From a cyanobacterium endosymbiont of Rhopalodia gibba (lineage in GTDB: Bacteria; Cyanobacteriota; Cyanobacteriia; Cyanobacteriales; Microcystaceae), in assembly GCA_045159875.1 (NCBI GenBank), contig CP067995.1, positions 1,504,001 to 1,568,000 of the forward strand: a stretch of 64,000 bases of DNA. The letters are read 5' to 3'. Below are positions 56,443 to 64,000 of this stretch, piece after piece. Both the position numbers and the translations under genes were made by a program. The notes under the pieces are model-generated. The model was given only the letters and a program-made list of their open reading frames with translations, was not told the DNA's origin and did no database searches. How positions within the stretch are numbered: position 1 is the first letter of the stretch; each line of letters starts with the position of its first letter.

Positions 56443-57702
56443 ATGACCTCTAATGAAAAACTGATTTCTAGCAATTCGAGTCTTGATAAGACTCAATCTT
56501 CCGAAGTGTCAAATACAATGGAAGATTGTCATATTCACAATAACAGTCTACTCTTCCCTCAGTTTAACGATCCTTCAGAATCCCTTATAGAAGACACCAG
56601 GAGCAACAGAATAGTGCCAAATAACGTTGCTAAAATAAAGGTCATTGGCGTTGGTGGCGGCGGATGTAATGCAGTTAACCGTATGATTGAAAGTGCCTTA
56701 ACTGGAATTGAGTTTTGGGCCATCAACACTGATGCTCAGGCTCTTTCTCAATCAGCGGCGCCTCAACGTTTACAGATTGGGCAAAAATTGACTAGAGGTC
56801 TAGGAGCTGGCGGAAATCCATCTATTGGGACTCAAGCTGCTGAGGAGTCTCGGGACGAAATCGCTCACGCTTTAGAAAATACTGACCTTGTGTTTATTAC
56901 AGCTGGTATGGGTGGGGGAACTGGAACAGGAGCAGCTCCTATCGTTGCCGAGGTGGCAAAGGAAATGGGCTGTCTAACGGTGGGGGTTGTCACCCGTCCT
57001 TTTACCTTTGAAGGACGACGGCGTACTACTCAGGCGGCAGAAGGGGTCAATAACCTGCAAAATAATGTTGATACTCTAATTGTCATTCCTAATAACCAAT
57101 TACTACAAGTCATTCCTCCAGACACTCCTTTACAAGAGGCATTTTTGACAGCTGATAATATTCTGCGACAGGGGGTACAAGGAATTTCGGATATTATTAC
57201 AATTCCTGGTTTAGTTAATGTAGACTTTGCGGATGTTAGGGCAGTGATGGCTGACGCAGGATCAGCATTAATGGGACTAGGAACAGGTTCAGGAAAATCC
57301 CGTGCCAATGATGCGGCAGTACAGGCAATTTCTTCTCCTCTATTAGAACATTCAATTAAGGGAGCTAAAGGGGTTGTCTTTAACATTACTGGGGGTACTG
57401 ATCTCACCCTTCATGAAGTAACAACAGCTGCTGAAACCATTTTTGAGGTAGTTGATCCCGAGGCCAATATTATTTTTGGAGCAGTTATTGATTCAGTGTT
57501 ACAAGGAGAAGTAATAATCACAGTTATTGCGACAGGTTTCAGTGGAGAATCTGATAATGTAGCTTCAAAAACAGTAAAGAACACTTCTACACGAAGAGTA
57601 AACAACACGCAAAATACCAAAACTCCTGAGCCAGAATCTCCTAAGCCAACAGGGTTAGATATTCCAGACTTTCTTCAACAACGTCGTTTTCCAAAACGTT
57701 AG
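56443..57702 (+). CDS. ftsZ: Cell division protein FtsZ
   Basis: [24 protein letters not shown]-terminal LDIPDFLQ; start at ATG 56443. Confidence 0.99.
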   Translation: MTSNEKLISSNSSLDKTQSSEVSNTMEDCHIHNNSLLFPQFNDPSESLIEDTRSNRIVPNNVAKIKVIGVGGGGCNAVNRMIESALTGIEFWAINTDAQALSQSAAPQRLQIGQKLTRGLGAGGNPSIGTQAAEESRDEIAHALENTDLVFITAGMGGGTGTGAAPIVAEVAKEMGCLTVGVVTRPFTFEGRRRTTQAAEGVNNLQNNVDTLIVIPNNQLLQVIPPDTPLQEAFLTADNILRQGVQGISDIITIPGLVNVDFADVRAVMADAGSALMGLGTGSGKSRANDAAVQAISSPLLEHSIKGAKGVVFNITGGTDLTLHEVTTAAETIFEVVDPEANIIFGAVIDSVLQGEVIITVIATGFSGESDNVASKTVKNTSTRRVNNTQNTKTPEPESPKPTGLDIPDFLQQRRFPKR

Positions 57703-58302
57703 TTAATTAATAAATATATTTTGAATAACTTTTATCAAAAACAATATAATATTTCTTTAAAGTCAACCTTAGAAATATGAAACTTTTTAGAATTTTGGTT
57801 CGCGTTCCATTTTAAGTCTGGCAAAACATTAATCTAAGTAATTTTATCAAGAAAATTTTATTTTTACTGAAAAGTCTCCGCAGTTTCACCGATACATCGA
57901 TAGTTTTGTATTAGCTGTCCCGACTTTGATGTATATCAAACTAAGTTAAATAATAATGATAAAGAAGATTAATAATAAATTAAAGTTAATTCAAAAGAAA
58001 ATTTATAGATTCATAAATCTTATAAATCTTCAACTACAAATTTTTTTTATTTGGTATTCTACCAGTTGATTTAACATCGTAAGTTGAGTACAGTCAAATT
58101 TTTTTTAATAAAAAGAAAACACAAAATATCTAATTTGATCGAAAAAACATATAGATAATAACGTTAGATTATCTCAGATTTTTAAAGATAGAGTCTTTAA
58201 CTGAGAAGATTGTTGGCCTGGAAGAAAAACTAAAACTGATGGTCTAATTGTGATAAATGTTGTTAAGTTTCAAAAATTATTGAAAATAAGTGAATTTAAG
58301 AA

Positions 58303-58341
58303 AGCTTTCAGGGTAAAATTAATAATTTTACCCTGAAAGCT
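58303..58341. repeat. Perfect inverted repeat, 19-bp arms
   Basis: AGCTTTCAGGGTAAAATTA-a-TAATTTTACCCTGAAAGCT. Confidence 0.9.
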
Positions 58342-58871
58342 ACAAATAAAACTAGGAATGTCCTGAAGTCCAGAGATATATAGGATTCTATTTTTTTCTA
58401 ATTGGCTTTAACCTAACTCTAAGTTAATCAAGAACTATATATCAATTTTAACTTTTAAATATCTTTTCTTAAACTTTGTTAATTTCTAATATAAATGGAA
58501 ACTATTTTTTTATTTAAAAATCTCTTATTGTCTAGATTTTACCTCGAACTCTTACAAGAGTATCTAAACTTTTTTCAAGTAATGCTATTTTCGTCAGTCC
58601 TAAACTTTTTTGGCACATTTTTATTTCTCTATCTAATAAGCGACTTTCAGTCCTGTATATATTTGCTCATGTGTTGGCATATATCTTAATTTGTGAGTTA
58701 CTTTTTTAAGTAGTTTATCAGTTAATAAAGTTTTTCTCTTCTTTATTTAAAACTCTTATTTTTAATATTTTTATCTCTCTCTTCTTCTGATTTACTAGAT
58801 TTTTTCATAATTTCTTTACTATAACCAGAATTTACTGCTACAGGGAACAACTTTTTTTTAGACTTCTTTCT

Positions 58872-58913
58872 TAGGATATTTTCAAAATAATATATTATTT
58901 TGAAAATATCCTA
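58872..58913. repeat. Perfect 42-bp palindrome
   Basis: TAGGATATTTTCAAAATAATA|TATTATTTTGAAAATATCCTA. Confidence 0.92.
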
Positions 58914-59856
58914 CACAATTTTAACTTTTCATGTATTTACTTTGGATTTTAAACAAACGAAGATTTAAAGCTAAATAAAGTTTTGTAGGTATTTTTTGAT
59001 CTAAATTATTTCTTTCTTACTAAGAGTTAGTATTCTCATGACTAAATTAAGTACAATTTATTATTTACATAAATTTTTTTGACAATTTTATTGTCATAGA
59101 TACAAGTCATATAAATAAAACTATTCCTATTTCATTTAATATATAAAGATTGAAAATGGTTAATTATCCTCAATTTAGAGTCTTATGTATTAAACTCAAT
59201 TTAGTATTTGATATCATAGTCCTAAATTAAATTAAAATACTATATATTGTTATTAATTTTTTAAAAAAATGGTAACAATATTTTTTAAAAAGTTTTTCAA
59301 AGACTGTATAATTACCGTGATTTAAAAAGTTAACTAAGATTAAAATGTAAACTTTTTCAAGAAAATTTTGAAGATAGTGTGTCGTCAATAGAGACAATTT
59401 TATCGATGTAGTACGACTAGGTTTTTCTAAAAATTTATTTTTTTTAGACTATAAAAATAATTTTGTCAAGCTTCAATAGAGTTAGTATTAAATTGAATCT
59501 ATCTATATTGAAAAAACATAATTTCTATAAAAATTCAGGAAGAAAAAGTAAATCAATAATTATATGCAAGAAGCAGGATTTATCGAGGTCTGGTACTATG
59601 AATATAAAACATTACTTTAATACTTGGCGAAATACTTTATAGCATAAATTATTTTTTAATATACTTAAATATATTATCCCTATAATGCTTTAACTGATTG
59701 TTTTTATAGCATTCTTAAAAATTGCTTTGTAACATTTTTTTGCATTAAACATCTAGATATATTTTACCAGTCGATTAATTATTAACTAGTAAACATTGAA
59801 TCAGTTTATGTTAGTTTAGGTAGTCTACTCAATAAAAAAATATCCTGGTAAAAACC

Positions 59857-61218
59857 ATGAAGATTTCAGCCAGAGGAAGCACAAATTCTCGCCAATTAGC
59901 TCTATTAATTCTCAAAGAAATTGAACAACGGGGAGCTTATACTGATATTGCCCTTGGCCAAGCTTTCAACCAAACTAATTTCGAGCCAGGTGATCGCGCC
60001 TTGGTCACGGAATTGGTCTACGGCATTGTCCGACGACGACGCACCTTAGATGCTTTAATTAATCAACTAGGCAAAAAATCTGCCCATCAACAACCACCAA
60101 ATCTTCGTTTAATACTACATCTTGGCCTCTATCAATTGCGCTATCTTAATCAGATTCCTTTATCAGCAGCGGTTAACACCAGTGTTGACCTAGCTAAAGA
60201 AAATCAATTACTATCTCTTTCAGGCGTAGTTAATGGCATCTTACGTCACTATATCCGCCTAAGTAAAACTAAAATTGAGCCTTTAATCCTACCTGATCAC
60301 CCTGTTGAAAAATTAGGTGTCCTCTATAGTTTTCCCAATGAGATCATCGAACTTTGGTTGCAGCAATTCGGGGAAGATACAACTGCCAAACTATGTGAAT
60401 GGTTTAACCAATCTCCTCATCATGATCTACGGATCAATCCTTTGACAACTACGCTAGAAACTGTTGAAGCGCATTTGAAACAAGCTAACATCAAAGTAAT
60501 GAGCCTAAAAGATGTTTGTCAAGGATTAAGATTAATTGGTAAAACTGGAGCTATTAAAGAATTACCAGGATTTAAAGAAGGATGGTGGACTGTACAAGAC
60601 AGCAGTGCGCAATTAGTAACCCATTTACTTGATCCTCAACCCTCAGAAGTAATTATTGATGCTTGTGCTGCCCCTGGAGGAAAAACTACCCACATCGCTG
60701 AATTAATGCAAGATCAAGGAATAATTTTTGCTTGTGATCGCACTCCATCAAGATTGAATAAACTACGAGCCAATGCCCAACGATTACACCTAAAATCGAT
60801 TAAGATCGTCACAGGAGATAGTCGTCAATTCAACCAATTCACTGCAATGGCTGATCGAGTTTTATTAGACGCTCCCTGTTCAGGACTAGGAACCTTACAT
60901 CGACATCCTGATATTCGTTGGCGACATAGTCCCGAAAAGGTCCGACAACTATCGAAATTACAGCAAGAGTTATTGGAGAAAACGGCAACCTGGGTAAAAC
61001 CCCAGGGAATCTTAGTTTATGCTACTTGTACCCTTAATTGTTTAGAAAATGAATTAATTATCAAACATTTTCTTGATACCCATACAAATTGGCACATTGA
61101 ACCACCATCATCCCGTTCGCCCTTGTGTAATTGGGTAACTTCATCAGGATGGATAATAATTTTGCCCCATCAGCATCGAATGGATGGCTTTTTTCTAGTG
61201 AAGTTAAAGAAAGGTTGA
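59857..61218 (+). CDS. rsmB: 16S rRNA (cytosine967-C5) methyltransferase RsmB/Sun
   Basis: NusB-like N-terminus, VQDSSAQ, DACAAPGGKT, DAPCSG, YATCT, DGFF. Confidence 0.96.
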   Translation: MKISARGSTNSRQLALLILKEIEQRGAYTDIALGQAFNQTNFEPGDRALVTELVYGIVRRRRTLDALINQLGKKSAHQQPPNLRLILHLGLYQLRYLNQIPLSAAVNTSVDLAKENQLLSLSGVVNGILRHYIRLSKTKIEPLILPDHPVEKLGVLYSFPNEIIELWLQQFGEDTTAKLCEWFNQSPHHDLRINPLTTTLETVEAHLKQANIKVMSLKDVCQGLRLIGKTGAIKELPGFKEGWWTVQDSSAQLVTHLLDPQPSEVIIDACAAPGGKTTHIAELMQDQGIIFACDRTPSRLNKLRANAQRLHLKSIKIVTGDSRQFNQFTAMADRVLLDAPCSGLGTLHRHPDIRWRHSPEKVRQLSKLQQELLEKTATWVKPQGILVYATCTLNCLENELIIKHFLDTHTNWHIEPPSSRSPLCNWVTSSGWIIILPHQHRMDGFFLVKLKKG

Positions 61219-61289
61219 TAGAACCTCCATGTGCGTGCAAAGTCCTTCATTATAGAAATAGGAAAAATCAGAAATAATTGGAATTGACC

Positions 61290-61703
61290 ATGAAAAGTGT
61301 TCAGAAAAAGAAACAACTCCTCAAGATTTTGATTGGTGCTGCTTGGATTGACGGATTAATCCAGAAAGAAGAACGTGATTATTTGAACAAAATGATAGCT
61401 ACTCAAGGTCTTGCCGATGATCAAGAAATTGCTGTTCTTTTATCTGAACTTAAGCCAGTTCAACCCAGTCAGTGTTACCAATGGTTAGAAGAGTATTTAG
61501 GCGGTAATCCTACTACTAAAGATTATCAAAAACTACTTGAATCTATTAGTGGTTTAATTTACAGTGATGGTGATGTGCAGATGCAAGAAGCCCAATTGTT
61601 AACTAAATTACAATTGCTTGACCCGTCTCAAGATTCTTATAAATCTTCTTTTGAGAAGATACTAAAAACTATTCAAAAGTTATATAAAAAGGCTATTAGT
61701 TAA
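61290..61703 (+). CDS. TerB-family protein
   Basis: LIGAAWIDG..Q.EE and LIYSDGDV...E repeated TerB motifs. Confidence 0.85.
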   Translation: MKSVQKKKQLLKILIGAAWIDGLIQKEERDYLNKMIATQGLADDQEIAVLLSELKPVQPSQCYQWLEEYLGGNPTTKDYQKLLESISGLIYSDGDVQMQEAQLLTKLQLLDPSQDSYKSSFEKILKTIQKLYKKAIS

Positions 61704-62096
61704 AAAAAATTCAGGCTAAAAACTATCTACCAATAATCTTATTACCGATCATTAAATTAATTTTTTAACTATCAAAATAACAACCACAGTCTATTCATTT
61801 TAATAAGGCTCTGTTTTAGATACAATGAAGTTGACAACTGCTCTAAAAGGTAACCGTTAATATTTAAGACTATAGTTGTTGTTTAAACATGCATGCGAAC
61901 AAATAAAGCTGATTTATCTTTCTGACTATCTCTTGGTTTCAGGCTAAAAAGACAAGTTTTCTGTAGGTGGTTAGTCAAAAAAGAAGTTAATAAATATAGT
62001 TTTAAACATTCCGATTGATCTAAATTAATTTTTAATCAATCTAAGTGTTTTAATCTAAAAACACTTACGAAGTGAAATTTTATAAATTAGTTTGAC

Positions 62097-62138
62097 TAAA
62101 TAATTACTTATCTTCAACTGAAGATAAGTAATTATTTA
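62097..62138. repeat. Perfect inverted repeat, 20-bp arms
   Basis: TAAATAATTACTTATCTTCA-ac-TGAAGATAAGTAATTATTTA. Confidence 0.9.
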
Positions 62139-63122
62139 TATTTTTTGTTTATAGAGCTTTTCCAAGAGTTCTTGAGCAATAAATTTTGAATCTTTAAAAA
62201 ATTGGTCAGTTAAATTCCTGCATCAACCCAAAAACAATTTTACGGTTATTTATGTTCTCTGGAGTTAATTTAAAAACTAATAATTCACTGCAATTGTTTA
62301 TCACTAAATTTAGTTTAAATTCTTAACACTGTTACAGAGAATTTTATATCCATCCAATCTACAATCTAAGTTTTTAAAAACTCGGTATGCTCTACTGAAA
62401 GACTGATAGAAAGTCTCTATTGGAGCAGAAACAATGAAACTAATTCGTGTAATTTTTCCTTTCCCAGGATACAAGCTTCACACAATGATTATCGCTAACT
62501 AGATTAGGAAATACTTTTTGCACTTATAATAAGTTCAATTTTTCAAAGATCCGATATCATAGCCAATAAAAAATAATTATTATAAGTATAATATCGCCTA
62601 TTTTTTAAATAAAAATTAAATTTTTTTAAAAAAAGCTAATACTGTTAATCAAAGAATGTAATAATAATATTGTCGTAATTTTTGATATAAGTACTCTAGC
62701 TCGCAAAATACTTTAGTAGGATCAAGACAGACCTTTATATCTAAAGTACTAGATCTTAATAAACGCTATTTTGAGCATACAGCTTTTTTGATCGACCAAA
62801 CCATCTCTTAGATATTTTAAGTATCGAGATAAGCTTTAATTTTATTAATTTATCTATCTATTAGATGATAACTCTTTTAAAAATATTAATAAGCAGTTTG
62901 TGTACATTTTAGAAATTTATCAAAAAATTTATTATTTATCGTCTAAAAATTAATTTTTTTTATATTTTCTTTTATTTTATACATATTTTCGAAGATAAAG
63001 TACACGGTCAAAACTTTCTCTATCTTAGCTTTATTTGTGTTACCCAAGCTTTTTTTTAAAGTTAAAAATATTTAATATAACTTATACCAACTAGTTTTTT
63101 ATCTCTTTTTTAAGCTTTAAAT

Positions 63123-63175
63123 TTTCTGGTGCTTTCTGGTGCTTTCTGGTGCTTTCTGGTGCTTTCTGGTGCTTT
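63123..63175. repeat. Perfect tandem repeat (TTTCTGGTGC)x5
   Basis: Five exact 10-bp units plus a partial unit. Confidence 0.95.
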
Positions 63176-64000
63176 TTGTAACCTTTATAGTTATAATATA
63201 ATTTCTTATCAATCTGTTTTATAAGATAAAATCTGTATGCTAATATTTAAACATTAGGAAGCATTTTCAAATAACACTCTTATAAGATATCTGCAAATCC
63301 ATACTAATTTTTTTATTTAAATCAAAGCTATAAAATCTCCTATTATTTCTTGATTTTTTTAAATATCAATTTAAACTTCATATATCTATAGCACAACGAA
63401 AGAATATCAGTCTAGTTTTAGAGTTTCATAAGAAATGATAAAATATTTAAGTAAGTTCTAAACTGACAACAATCTACACTCAACACTAATAAAAGAATAA
63501 CTAGCTACTTTTACATCGTCGACATTAATTACTTGAGTAATAAAATAAAATAGTGGACTAGATAAAAAATTTTAACTTTAATTGTCATATATTTTTTATG
63601 GTAGAACTACTTTAGTTAATTTTTTCAAAAAGAGTATTTTCTATCGTAATAGAATGAGAAATAATCTGGATCTAGATTAATTAAATCTTTATCATATCTA
63701 ATCTAAAATAACCATGGTTATAACGTATAACCATTCACTATCTCTGTTACTCTTAAGTTTAAAAAATTTAGAAAGCTAATCTAAACTAAACTTTATATGA
63801 CTAAACTTTATCCATCTAATCCTAGACTACGCAAAAACTTAATTTAGAAAAAAAAGATTATTTTAAATACTTCTATGATAAGCCAGGTAATAGACCCGAT
63901 ATCCCTAACATTGAAGGAGCTCCCAATCTATCGCGCATTGTTTTAATAGACTACGACAAAATCTATGCTGTGCGCAGGGTAGATGTTATTTCCAAAGCTC

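Noticed and set aside
58495..58689. 64-aa hydrophobic ORF
   Set aside because: F/L/I-rich translation typical of AT-rich non-coding DNA; no recognisable homology
63123..63175. CRISPR array
   Set aside because: 10-bp units with no spacers and no cas genes; no repeat-spacer array seen anywhere in the window

Overview
The window comes from a very AT-rich cyanobacterial chromosome in an advanced state of decay. It has about 37 intact CDS covering roughly half the window (about 33 kb by my summation) and one tRNA-Pro(TGG). Long spacers hold recognisable pseudogene wrecks: Asr1405/Asl0597-like, FGE-sulfatase domain, DinF/MATE, Wzc/GumC, M28 peptidase and a SAM methyltransferase. The proteins are of unicellular diazotroph (Cyanothece/Crocosphaera-like) type. 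hupW is retained, no photosystem genes are present here, and ferrochelatase has lost its chlorophyll-binding CAB tail. Together this suggests, by inference only, a non-photosynthetic N2-fixing endosymbiont such as a rhopalodiacean diatom spheroid body (diazoplast). Main observations: (1) hemH is truncated next to a fossil tandem duplicate that still carries the decayed CAB linker; (2) there are two intact tandem Tic22-family genes; (3) CP12 is intact; (4) many long perfect palindromes sit in otherwise decayed DNA; (5) envelope-modification genes are kept while the exopolysaccharide Wzc gene has decayed. I saw no CRISPR array, rRNA or intact mobile element. All family assignments come from recognising sequence motifs by eye, not from database searches.
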